From an uncultured Bacteroidota bacterium (GTDB lineage: Bacteria; Bacteroidota; Bacteroidia; Chitinophagales; LD1): a stretch of DNA of 64,000 nucleotides. Positions 48,726-58,205 of the stretch are shown here, piece by piece (the first letter of the stretch is position 1; each line of letters begins with the position of its first letter). Where the stretch lies: assembly GCA_903889265.1 (NCBI GenBank), contig CAISWS010000066.1, forward strand, positions 604 to 64,603, given 5' to 3'. The notes beneath the pieces are model-generated. The model did no database searches. It saw only the letters and a list, made by a program, of their open reading frames with translations, and was not told the DNA's origin. The position numbers and the translations under genes were made by a program.

Positions 48726-49973
48726 TCAACCTTGGATTCTCTTATATACCCCAAGGTAATTTTCAACCCCCGCAGCCAGGGAATAAACCTGTTGCGAGCG
48801 CAGCCGGATATAATCTTTATCGAATGATGTATTCAGCATTTTTTGAATGGCCTTTTCATATTCGGCAGTATTGAGTGTTTGAATAAGCACACCGGATTTG
48901 TCGTCAATAATATAATCCACGTCTCCTACACCTGCGTTACAAATATGAGGCATCCCCATGCCCATAATTTCGCCCTGCTTGGTAGGGCTGCTGGCTGATT
49001 TGGAGAAAACCGGTTTGATAAAAAATATAGAACACTGCGATAATGCCAGATAGGTGGGCACCTGTTTATGGGGTGCCGGGGTAATAATAAACAAAGCCTC
49101 AGGTATTCCTTTAATCTTTGCTTTGGTAAGAATGTCGCTGGCAGGTTCGCCGGTAATAAACAGGAACCGGGCATTTGGTTTAATCGTAAGCAGGCATTTA
49201 AAAAAGTCCAGCATTTCGTCCAGCATATACCAGGTACCTACGCTGCCCAGGTAGTTTAATACAAACTCATTTCCGGTTAAATTAAATTGCTGCCGCAACT
49301 GTTGCAATAAACCGGTATCAATACTCTTTTCCGAAAACAAATCAAGGTCGGCACAGCAGGGAATCACCTGTATGGGAATAGGTTGGTTTTTAATATTCTT
49401 CCAGCTGTGAATAATATCCCTGCCTTTTTTAGTGAGGCTGATGGTATAATCAGCAGTTGAAAGATACTGTTGTTCTTTGCGCTTAAAGAAATTGTATACC
49501 TGCTTAAACAAGGGGTTCGATAAATTCCAGATGCCGCCCTCTACCCGCTCATCAGCATAAAAACCGCGCATGTCAAAAATGAATTTAACACCAAATTGCT
49601 TTTGCATATCCATGCCCACCATAGCCGAAATGTAACTGCGGCAGTGTATGATTTTAAACTGCTTTTTACGGTGAAGGGCTAATGCAGTTTTTTTCATTTG
49701 CCTCAGGTCCCAGATGGTGGAAAGCACAGGTGGCTTTTTGGTATAAGGCAGGGGCACCCAATCTATATTGCTTTCTTTTAACAATACAGCAATGGTATCG
49801 CGGTTTTTTTCAAAACGTCCTTCTTTCTCAAAACTGATAAGTGTAAATGAGTACCCTGCTTTTGATAAGCCCTGCAAATAAGGGATTACCTGGCTTTGGC
49901 CCAATGGGTCAGTCATGCCATCATACGACAGATATAGGACGTTAGTTTGGGTTTCAGTTGGCCGCATGGTCAT
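48726..49973 (-). CDS. glycosyltransferase family 4
   Basis: 415 aa. N-terminal VLYLSYDGMTDPLGQSQVIPYL and a GT-B C-terminal half (GEIMGMGMPHICNAGVGDV). Overlaps the asnB stop by 20 nt. Confidence 0.8.
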   Translation of the reverse strand: MTMRPTETQTNVLYLSYDGMTDPLGQSQVIPYLQGLSKAGYSFTLISFEKEGRFEKNRDTIAVLLKESNIDWVPLPYTKKPPVLSTIWDLRQMKKTALALHRKKQFKIIHCRSYISAMVGMDMQKQFGVKFIFDMRGFYADERVEGGIWNLSNPLFKQVYNFFKRKEQQYLSTADYTISLTKKGRDIIHSWKNIKNQPIPIQVIPCCADLDLFSEKSIDTGLLQQLRQQFNLTGNEFVLNYLGSVGTWYMLDEMLDFFKCLLTIKPNARFLFITGEPASDILTKAKIKGIPEALFIITPAPHKQVPTYLALSQCSIFFIKPVFSKSASSPTKQGEIMGMGMPHICNAGVGDVDYIIDDKSGVLIQTLNTAEYEKAIQKMLNTSFDKDYIRLRSQQVYSLAAGVENYLGVYKRIQG

Positions 49974-51810
49974 TCATCCATTTATGAAGCAATATCAGCA
50001 CCCAAATCCGGTTGTACAGAAAATCCTCACCCTTCTCAAAGCGCGAAAGAAGTTGTTTTACCTTTTGCGGATGGACAACGCCATATTTAATAAGCAACTG
50101 CTCATCCAGGTATTTATCTATCAGATAGTGCAGGTCGGTTTTCAACCACTTGTACAAGGGGATAGAAAAACCCCATTTAGGCCTTTCGAAAAACTGACGC
50201 GGTACGTAATCGTACAGCACTTCTTTTAATAAGTATTTACCTACGCGTTCCTTCTTTTTCAGTTCTTCAGATAAATTCAACGCGAACTCCACTATGCGAT
50301 AATCCAAAAACGGCGACCGGGCTTCCAGCGAAAACTGCATGGTGGCAATATCTACCTTCACAAGCAGGTCGTCTTTTAAATAATACTTTACATCGTATAA
50401 GGCCTGCTCTTCGGCGGCGGAAAGTTTACGGTTCAGTTTGCCGAAGTTCTCATCAAATAAAATCTCAGCACCATAATCAGGCTTCACAATTTCATCCAGT
50501 TCATCCTCACTAAAAAAGTATTGCTCCTGCGAAAAAATGTGGCTTTTAATGCGTTGCCTGCTTTTAAAGTTAAAGACGCCTGCACCACGTTTGTAAGTAT
50601 TGCCCATTTGCGATAAAGCCATGGCAATTGGTTTGCGCAAGGTTTGCACAAACGGGTTGCTTAATCTGTTCGCCCAGTCATATGCACCATAACCCATAAA
50701 AAGCTCATCTCCCCCATCACCCGTTAGGGTCATGGTTACATATTTGCGGGCCAGTTTGGATACCAGCATAGTAGGTATGGCCGACGAATCAGCATAAGGC
50801 TCATCGTAAGCCACCATCATTTTATCAATCAGCTCCAGTGCATCGTTTTCAGTAACAATAAACTCGTGGTGTTGCGTGCCCAGGTGCTCTGAAACCTTGC
50901 GCGCATATTCCGATTCGTTAAACTTTGCTTCTTTAAAGCCAATGGAAAAGGTTTTTACCGGCTGGCTTGATATACTTTGTGCAATAGCAGTAACTGCGCT
51001 TGAATCAATACCCCCGCTTAAAAAGGTGCCAAAAGGCACATCGCTTATCATCCGGTAACGCACGGATGTGGTAAGTAACTCTTTTAATTCTTTTTTGGCT
51101 GAATCAAAATTGCCGGCCACTTGTGGCTTTAATTTTTCTTCCGGTTTCCAGTAACTGGTTATAGTAGTACTGTCGTTTTTAATTACCGCGTAGCTGCCTG
51201 CCGGCAACCGGTTTACCTGCTGATAAATAGTATGTGGCTCAGGTATGTAACCGGCATATAAAAACGTGCGCACCGCAGGTTTGTAAACACTTAAACTGCT
51301 TTTTACCTGCACCGGTTGTAGTAAAGATTTTATCTCCGAACCAAAAGCAAAGTTACCGCCTTCATTGTAATAATAAATGGGCTTTACGCCCAACCTGTCA
51401 CGGAAAAGATAAACGGCGTGCTCCTTAATATCGTAGATAGCAATGGCGAACATGCCATTGAGCAATTGAACAAACTCCACCCCTTTTCTCTCAAACGCTT
51501 CAAGTATAATTTCTGTATCGCTGGTAGTACGGGGATTAATATTCAGCTGCGCCTGTATTTCCTGAAAATTATAGACCTCGCCATTAAATACCATTACATA
51601 CCGGCCACTTTGCGAGTACATGGGTTGGTTTGCTGCTGCACTAAGGTCAATAATACTTAACCTTCTGTGCCCTAAACCGCAGGTTTTACCTGCATTCAGA
51701 TAGAATCCGGCGGCATCAGGGCCGCGATGCTGCATAGCATTGGTCATTTGCTGCAAATCAGCTTCGCTGAAAAACCTGGTGTTAGAATAAAAGCCTGCAA
51801 TGCCGCACAT
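49954..51810 (-). CDS. asnB: asparagine synthase (glutamine-hydrolysing) family amidotransferase, polysaccharide-cluster type (WbpS-like)
   Basis: N-terminal MCGIAGFY (Ntn Cys2), the PP-loop FLSGGIDSS, and the length (618 aa). Confidence 0.85.
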   Translation of the reverse strand: MCGIAGFYSNTRFFSEADLQQMTNAMQHRGPDAAGFYLNAGKTCGLGHRRLSIIDLSAAANQPMYSQSGRYVMVFNGEVYNFQEIQAQLNINPRTTSDTEIILEAFERKGVEFVQLLNGMFAIAIYDIKEHAVYLFRDRLGVKPIYYYNEGGNFAFGSEIKSLLQPVQVKSSLSVYKPAVRTFLYAGYIPEPHTIYQQVNRLPAGSYAVIKNDSTTITSYWKPEEKLKPQVAGNFDSAKKELKELLTTSVRYRMISDVPFGTFLSGGIDSSAVTAIAQSISSQPVKTFSIGFKEAKFNESEYARKVSEHLGTQHHEFIVTENDALELIDKMMVAYDEPYADSSAIPTMLVSKLARKYVTMTLTGDGGDELFMGYGAYDWANRLSNPFVQTLRKPIAMALSQMGNTYKRGAGVFNFKSRQRIKSHIFSQEQYFFSEDELDEIVKPDYGAEILFDENFGKLNRKLSAAEEQALYDVKYYLKDDLLVKVDIATMQFSLEARSPFLDYRIVEFALNLSEELKKKERVGKYLLKEVLYDYVPRQFFERPKWGFSIPLYKWLKTDLHYLIDKYLDEQLLIKYGVVHPQKVKQLLSRFEKGEDFLYNRIWVLILLHKWMNDHAAN

Positions 51811-51853
51811 AAGTCAGATGTTAGAAACAAGATTCAAAATCAGCGACTACAAA

Positions 51854-52822
51854 TTAGTCTTTTGCAAACGGATGGCCGGTTGCTTTTAATTTTGCAAAGG
51901 GGTGATAATCTGAGGTTAAACCTACCGGGGTTTGGTGCCTTATATCATGCGCAATGCGGATGCTGGGGAGGGCATCCTGAACGCCAAAGCCCTTGCCTTT
52001 TAATATTTCTTCATAACTGCGGGTATGCAAATCAGTAAAGCCATCGCTGAACTCTATTTCTTCCCCTTCAAGGGTCATAGAACGATAGGTGCGCATGCCC
52101 TTTTTCTTTGCAGCTTCGGGCAGCGTATCTGCATCAATGCTTAAAAACCACCTTACGCGTGCTTTGGCAAATTCAAGGTAACCGGCGGCACGGTCGTGTG
52201 TGTGAATGTGGACCACATTGCTTTTTACATCGCCAAAAAGCCAGTGCAGCATATCAAAAAAGTGAATACCTATATTGGTGGCAATACCGCCTGATTTAGC
52301 CGTTTCTCCCTTCCAGCTGGTGTAATACCAGCTACCCCGTGAAGTAATGTAAGTAAGGTCGAAATCGTAAATTTTATCCTCTTTGCTGTTATCAATCTTC
52401 TCTTTCAGTTTAAGTACATTGGGGTGCAGGCGCAACTGAAGAATGGTGTTTATTTTATGGCTGGTTTCTTTTTCCAGTTCTATCAGTGCCTCCGCATTCC
52501 ATGGATTAAGCACCAGCGGTTTTTCGCAAATCACATCAGCCCCGTTCCTAAGGCCAAACCGGATGTGCGAGTCGTGCAGGTAATTGGGCGAGCAAACCGA
52601 TACATAATTAACGCCGTTGCCTTTGCGTTTCAGCTTATCAATATGGCGGTCGAACCTTTCAAACTCAACAAAAAACGCGGCATCGGGGAAATAGCTGTCC
52701 ATAACACCCACACTGTCAAAGGGGTCATAAGCAGCCAGCAATTGGCTTCCGGTATCTTTGATGGCTTTTAAGTGGCGCGGGGCAATATAGCCAGCCGCAC
52801 CAATCAGGGCGAATTTGTTCAT
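51854..52822 (-). CDS. Gfo/Idh/MocA oxidoreductase, WbpB-like (UDP-2-acetamido-2-deoxy-glucuronate 3-dehydrogenase type)
   Basis: MNKFALIGAAGYIAPRHLKAIKDTG, VSVCSPNYLH, VICEKPL and TNIGIHFFDML. About 320 aa from ATG 52822. It closely resembles WbpB/WlbA-type enzymes as I recall them. Confidence 0.7.
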   Translation of the reverse strand: MNKFALIGAAGYIAPRHLKAIKDTGSQLLAAYDPFDSVGVMDSYFPDAAFFVEFERFDRHIDKLKRKGNGVNYVSVCSPNYLHDSHIRFGLRNGADVICEKPLVLNPWNAEALIELEKETSHKINTILQLRLHPNVLKLKEKIDNSKEDKIYDFDLTYITSRGSWYYTSWKGETAKSGGIATNIGIHFFDMLHWLFGDVKSNVVHIHTHDRAAGYLEFAKARVRWFLSIDADTLPEAAKKKGMRTYRSMTLEGEEIEFSDGFTDLHTRSYEEILKGKGFGVQDALPSIRIAHDIRHQTPVGLTSDYHPFAKLKATGHPFAKD

Positions 52823-52889
52823 ATTGCAATAATAGGAAAAAGCGTTGGTTCGGCTACTCCCGCCGGCACAATACAAGTTAGGGCTAACA

Positions 52890-54191
52890 TTATTTAGCAG
52901 GGAGTTTTTCGTACAGCAGGTTACTTAATATAAGGGCTTGCTGCTTTCGCGAATATTTTAAAGCCAGTTCATTCACTTCCGAATTCTTAATTATTCCTTT
53001 TTTAAAACTATCGTATTCGCTTTTCAGAAAGAAAGTTACTTCCGTTTTAGTATTCATCCCAACCCCGCCAGTAGTCTCTTTCAGTATATACTCTAAAATT
53101 CCATGGTCGTTTTCAACCAGCATTATCTTCCGCTTTACAGCCAGGTAATCAAACACTTTGGCGTTTAACCAATCAGCTCCTTTGCGCGATAGCAGAAGAA
53201 GCAAATGCGAGGCCCGCATTTTTTTAAGCAAATCAGGGTAAGGAATCCGTGGCCGGGCTATGATATATCCGTCTAACTCCTTTTTGTAATTCAACAGCCG
53301 CTTTTTTGCTTCGGCCTGCAGGTCAATGCCGTAAAAATTAACTTCAATTTCGCCTCGGCTGATTTTATTTTGGCTTATAAAATCCAGCAGCCCGTCAAGG
53401 AACATCTCCAGGTTTTGGTGGGGGTAAATAGTGCCGCCGTATGTAACTACAAACTTATCGGTTGGTGGCTTTATGTTTTCCAAACCCCCAAAATGGGCTT
53501 CGTCGTAACCGTTGTAAATAACCTCCACCTCTTTGTCAGGATGCAGATTTTTAAGCGAGGCGGCATAAGTTGGAGCGGCAGTGGTTATCAGCAATGCACT
53601 GGCAATGTATTTTTTCTCGCGGCCACGGTAAAATTTGTTTAGCTGGCGCTGTAAAAAGCCCTGTACGTAATTGCCCTGGTTACCGGTCCAGTTATCCCGG
53701 TAATCGGCAATCCACGGTATATTAAACTTGCTGGAAAGAGTACTTCCGTATTTAAAAAGAATAAAGGGTTCGCCGGTAGCTATAATTATATCAGGGCGGT
53801 TTTTTTTTATCTCACTTTCTGCCTCGCTATAAATAGAAGACTTGCTATCGAACAAAAAGGAGAGGTGTTCAGCAAAAGAATAAAAGTAGCTGAGCAATTT
53901 TCTAACCGGCGCAAGTTTTTGCATGCCGAACCGTAGCAGCAGCTTGTCGCGCAGGTTGGGAGAAAACCCTGCACGCAAAACTTTGGCACCGCTTTCGTTG
54001 ATTTCAATCACAACAGCCCGGGGCATTTCCTTAACATAATCAAGGGATGACGTTATGTGGCTATCCCATTGGCGGGTAATAACTGTAACCCCTATTCCGT
54101 TGCCGGGCAGGTAATTATACCAGCTAAAAGGGCGCTGACCCCCAATAGAAATAAGTGGGGGGAAGTCGTAAGCCAAAATCAACACCTTCAT
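52890..54191 (-). CDS. glycosyltransferase (GT-B fold, GT4-like)
   Basis: MKVLILAYDFPPLISIGGQRP N-terminus. 433 aa. Confidence 0.6.
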   Translation of the reverse strand: MKVLILAYDFPPLISIGGQRPFSWYNYLPGNGIGVTVITRQWDSHITSSLDYVKEMPRAVVIEINESGAKVLRAGFSPNLRDKLLLRFGMQKLAPVRKLLSYFYSFAEHLSFLFDSKSSIYSEAESEIKKNRPDIIIATGEPFILFKYGSTLSSKFNIPWIADYRDNWTGNQGNYVQGFLQRQLNKFYRGREKKYIASALLITTAAPTYAASLKNLHPDKEVEVIYNGYDEAHFGGLENIKPPTDKFVVTYGGTIYPHQNLEMFLDGLLDFISQNKISRGEIEVNFYGIDLQAEAKKRLLNYKKELDGYIIARPRIPYPDLLKKMRASHLLLLLSRKGADWLNAKVFDYLAVKRKIMLVENDHGILEYILKETTGGVGMNTKTEVTFFLKSEYDSFKKGIIKNSEVNELALKYSRKQQALILSNLLYEKLPAK

Positions 54192-54440
54192 ATCAGCCTA
54201 ATCAATTTTTACCGAAAGTATAGTAAGTTTTGTGCTGCCCAAAACAAGTTGCTACCAACAATCTGCCGGGTGAATCTGTTTGGATACAGTTGAATTAAGC
54301 CGCGAAATGGTATCTTGCCGGTCGGTTTTTTGATTACTACATTAAAACTAAATGACTATTCCCCGGGGTCAGAAGGGGATGGAGGATGCGCGGTTATCAA
54401 ATTAGCCTGTGAAGTTTATTTATAAAAAACAGATTGCAAA

Positions 54441-55724
54441 ATGCCGGTTTCTCAGAATACACTAATATTTTTTACCGACTCATTTCCATTTGGTACTTCA
54501 GAAACATTTATTGAAAACGAGTTTCCCTTTTTGGTTAATTCATTCGACCGGATTTTTATTGTAACCACCAACCTTACCGATGCCAAAACCAGGAAGATAC
54601 CTGGCAACATAGAGATACTGCGCATACTTTATAAACCATCGTTTAAATTTAAGGTTCTGTCTTTATTCAGCTATTTCAACCCTATTATACAAAGAGAAAT
54701 AGGGCTTATAAAAAATGAGTTTTTGCTGCAGCCCAATAAAGATATTTTATCGGTACTTCTTGCCAGTTACGCCAAAGCACTGGAAATAAATTCGTTGCTG
54801 AATGGGCTTGTTGCCAGGCATAAAATTGATTTGGCTGGCCTGTACCTATATAGTTACTGGATGAACGATATAACTGCCGGCGCTGCCCTTTTTAAACATA
54901 ACCATCCGGAAATTAAAGCTTTTTGCCGGGTCCACCGGTGGGATGTTTATTTTGAAACCCAAACCCCTCCATATCTGCCGTTACGTAATTTTATGATTGA
55001 AACGCTGGATTCGGTTTACTGTATTTCGCAGGATGCCTACGGTTACCTTTACCGCCTTTGCAACAACCGGCCAAAAGATCATTTAAGAATTTCACGGCTG
55101 GGCACCTTTAACCGCGATAATATTGTTGCCGTGCCCAACCAGGGTATGATACGCCTTATCAGCTGCTCAAACCTGATACCCCTCAAGCGGGTTTACCTGA
55201 TAATCGAAGCGCTGGCGCTCATTAATAATATTAAAATTGAATGGAAACATTTTGGAAAGGGCCCGCTGGAAACAGAACTGAAAGCCCTGGCAGCAGAAAA
55301 ACTTAAATCAAAACAAAATATTGATTACTCATTTATGGGGCAGATAAGCAATATGGAGTTGCTTGACTTTTATAAAAAAAACAATGTAGACCTTTTTATT
55401 AACGTAAGCGAAACCGAGGGCATACCCGTATCAATCATTGAGGCAAGTTCGTTTGGCATTATAGTTATAGGCACCCTGGTAGGCGGCGTGGGAGAAATAC
55501 TGGAGGAAGGTGAGAATGGTTTTTTACTTAGCCCAAGCTGTTTGCCGCAGGACGTGGCTAACGCCATTATAAAATTTTATGGAACGCCAGAGACAGAGAA
55601 GAGCCGGATCAGGGCCAATGCCATTTCCATTTGGCAGCAAAAATACAGCGCCCAAAAAAACTACACTGATTTTTTGAATTCAGTTATGAGTTTAAGTTCA
55701 GCCAAACCTGTAAAGCTGCATTAA
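54441..55724 (+). CDS. glycosyltransferase family 4
   Basis: The Ex7E region SETEGIPVSIIEASSFGIIVIGT..GG..E. 427 aa. Confidence 0.75.
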   Translation: MPVSQNTLIFFTDSFPFGTSETFIENEFPFLVNSFDRIFIVTTNLTDAKTRKIPGNIEILRILYKPSFKFKVLSLFSYFNPIIQREIGLIKNEFLLQPNKDILSVLLASYAKALEINSLLNGLVARHKIDLAGLYLYSYWMNDITAGAALFKHNHPEIKAFCRVHRWDVYFETQTPPYLPLRNFMIETLDSVYCISQDAYGYLYRLCNNRPKDHLRISRLGTFNRDNIVAVPNQGMIRLISCSNLIPLKRVYLIIEALALINNIKIEWKHFGKGPLETELKALAAEKLKSKQNIDYSFMGQISNMELLDFYKKNNVDLFINVSETEGIPVSIIEASSFGIIVIGTLVGGVGEILEEGENGFLLSPSCLPQDVANAIIKFYGTPETEKSRIRANAISIWQQKYSAQKNYTDFLNSVMSLSSAKPVKLH

Positions 55725-58142
55725 TTTAGTTATGTACTCCTCTATATCATATTTCTGTGCAAAGGCCAATGCACCGGCCGACAAGGCCGAATAAGTTTCT
55801 TTATCCTTTAGTACCTGTTCTATTGTATCGGCAAAATCCTCCGGGTTTTCATCCGTAAGCATATAGCCGTTTTGACCTTGTTGAATCAGGCTCCTGTTTC
55901 CTATTCCATCAAGGCTAACCACTGGTAACCCGCTTGCCATGGCCTCTAAAAGAACCAGTCCGAAGGGCTCGTGTTTACATACATGCACATAAACGTTTGC
56001 TGCTGCATAGTATTCCGGCATGTTACCTTTAGCACCGGGAAGGGATATAACCCGGCTGAGATTATTTCGTTCAACCTTTGCCTTAACGTTGTCGTGCTCT
56101 TCGCCTTTTCCCAGCAATACAACCTCTATCGTATGGCCCCTGTGCACCAGCACCCTGGCAATATCTACCAGCAACTGTTGGTTTTTTTGGGTGGTGAACC
56201 GTCCTACGTTGACTATACGGATTGTTTTAATATCCCTTTCTGCTCCGGAGCTCTGGTAATTTTTGACAACAATAGCATTGTCCAGCGGAAATATGTTTTT
56301 TCTTAGCTGGCAAGGTAAAACGGATTCAAAATAACTTGTTGTATCGTCAGAAATAGATATAAATTTATTGTTGCTCTTCAGGTAGCGTTTTACCAAATGG
56401 CGCTTTTCGAAAAAATCCGTAAAGAGATTTTTTCTGATTAGCGTGTTAAGTGAGAAATTGCGCAATTGAGGCATGTTGTCATGGCAATGCGAAAAGTATT
56501 TTATCCCTGGAAAAATAATTTCATGTGCCACCAGTTCGGAAAGGAAAAGGTGCGAATGGATTACGTGCGGCCTGAAGCTTTCAACCAAATCTGTGAACTC
56601 TCTTACATCAATATGATTCGGTTTAAACACTGAAAGGCCGACAGAGGAATTACACTCAAAAAAATCCGGGTTGTTGGATAAGGGCCCCTCAATACCAGGT
56701 ATTTCGTAACCGGTCTTACGCGCAGCTTTTTTAAGTGTTACCAGTTTTACTTTAATGCCGGGCCGGGTTTTCAGGGTTTTGTAAATATTTAATACCAGTG
56801 CCTCAGCACCACCGCTAATGGTCATACTATTTGTAATCAGCAAAATTCTTATATCCCGGATGGCAACTCCAACATCTTGCTTGTTATCCGTGCCAGATGG
56901 CAAGCGTTTTTTCTTACCCGCATTTACCGTCGATAGCCCAACCGGCAAAACCGCTTTGGGGGCAGTTTTGTATGTCCTTATAAGTTTGGTGATATATTCT
57001 TCAATGTCGTAATTTTTGGCAAATGCCTTAGCGTTTGCCGACATGGTTTGATACGTGTCTTTATTTCCTGTAACTTTCTCAATCGCATCGGCAAAGTATT
57101 CCGGGTTTTGTTCATAGATCATAAACCCTGTTTCGCCTTCATTAATCAGTTCCCGGTTTCCTTTGGCGTCCAGGCTTACAACCGGCAAGCCGCTGGCCAT
57201 GGCCTCTAAAAAAACCAGGCCGAAGGCTTCATGTGTACAGGTATGAACGTAGACGTTGGCGGAGGCATAATAATCAGCCACGTTAGACTTTGTTCCGGGC
57301 ATGGAGATAACATCCATCAGCTTATTAGCTTCTACCCTGGCCTTTACCTTTTCAAATTCGGGTCCATTGCCAAGCATAGTTACTTCTACCCGGTGCCCCC
57401 GCTGAACCAGCACACGGGCAATATCCACCAAAAGCTGCTGATTTTTGATGGGAATAAAACTTCCCACATTTATTAACCTGATAACATCCAGGCTTCTTTG
57501 TGTGCGGTTTATATCAAAGTTTTTAGTAACAATCGCGTTGGGCAGAGTTTGTATGTTTTTTTTTAACTCTTTTGGCAGTACATTTTCGAAATACTTGTGC
57601 GTGTCATCAGAAACCGCAATAAAGTTGTTGTTGCATTCAATGTACCTTTTTATCAGATGTCTTTTTTCGTAAAAATCGGTTAAGTGGTTTTTGCGGGTTA
57701 ATGTCTTTAGGGAAAATCTGCGCAGCTGCGGCATGTTATCATGGCAATGGGTAATATAGGTAATGCCTGGAAACACAATTTCATGAGCCACTAATTCAGA
57801 AAGGAACAGGTGCGAATGGATAACATTGGGCCTGAAGCTTTCTACAATATGGGTAAACTGGCTGACTTCCAGTTTATCACGATTAAGCACCGAAAAGTTG
57901 ATGGTGCAACGGATATCTGAAAAGTCCGGATCGCTGAGAAGTCTCTCCTTTAGTCCCGGAATTTCGAAACCGGTTGGAGAGCTTTCATTCTTCAGGGTTA
58001 CCAACCTGACTTTAATGCCTGGCCGGGACTTTAGCCCATAGAAAATGTTTAAAACCAATGACTCTGACCCTCCGCTGATAGATAGCGTATTGGTAATAAG
58101 CAAAACCCTTAACTCTTCTGTGTCCTCACCATCCACGACCAT
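55698..58142 (-). CDS. tandem-fused double glycosyltransferase family 4 (two complete GT4 modules in one polypeptide)
   Basis: 814 aa. Residues about 11-393 and 431-814 align end to end. Examples: FRPNVIHSHLFLSELVAHEIVFPGI vs FRPHVIHSHLFLSELVAHEIIFPGI, and HEAFGLVFLEAMASGLPVVSLD vs HEPFGLVLLEAMASGLPVVSLD. A linker of about 37 aa joins them. Confidence 0.8.
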   Translation of the reverse strand: MVVDGEDTEELRVLLITNTLSISGGSESLVLNIFYGLKSRPGIKVRLVTLKNESSPTGFEIPGLKERLLSDPDFSDIRCTINFSVLNRDKLEVSQFTHIVESFRPNVIHSHLFLSELVAHEIVFPGITYITHCHDNMPQLRRFSLKTLTRKNHLTDFYEKRHLIKRYIECNNNFIAVSDDTHKYFENVLPKELKKNIQTLPNAIVTKNFDINRTQRSLDVIRLINVGSFIPIKNQQLLVDIARVLVQRGHRVEVTMLGNGPEFEKVKARVEANKLMDVISMPGTKSNVADYYASANVYVHTCTHEAFGLVFLEAMASGLPVVSLDAKGNRELINEGETGFMIYEQNPEYFADAIEKVTGNKDTYQTMSANAKAFAKNYDIEEYITKLIRTYKTAPKAVLPVGLSTVNAGKKKRLPSGTDNKQDVGVAIRDIRILLITNSMTISGGAEALVLNIYKTLKTRPGIKVKLVTLKKAARKTGYEIPGIEGPLSNNPDFFECNSSVGLSVFKPNHIDVREFTDLVESFRPHVIHSHLFLSELVAHEIIFPGIKYFSHCHDNMPQLRNFSLNTLIRKNLFTDFFEKRHLVKRYLKSNNKFISISDDTTSYFESVLPCQLRKNIFPLDNAIVVKNYQSSGAERDIKTIRIVNVGRFTTQKNQQLLVDIARVLVHRGHTIEVVLLGKGEEHDNVKAKVERNNLSRVISLPGAKGNMPEYYAAANVYVHVCKHEPFGLVLLEAMASGLPVVSLDGIGNRSLIQQGQNGYMLTDENPEDFADTIEQVLKDKETYSALSAGALAFAQKYDIEEYITKLMQLYRFG
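55701..58112 (-). repeat. tandem duplication with a period of about 1263 nt (the two GT4 modules)
   Basis: Unit A is about 58112-56964 and unit B about 56852-55701. Protein identity is roughly 55-65% by eye. Confidence 0.75.
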
Positions 58143-58205
58143 TCAATTTACTTCAAATTTAAATCCCTTTGCCTGGTTTGCAACTTTTGTTGCCCTCTGG
58201 CAAGA

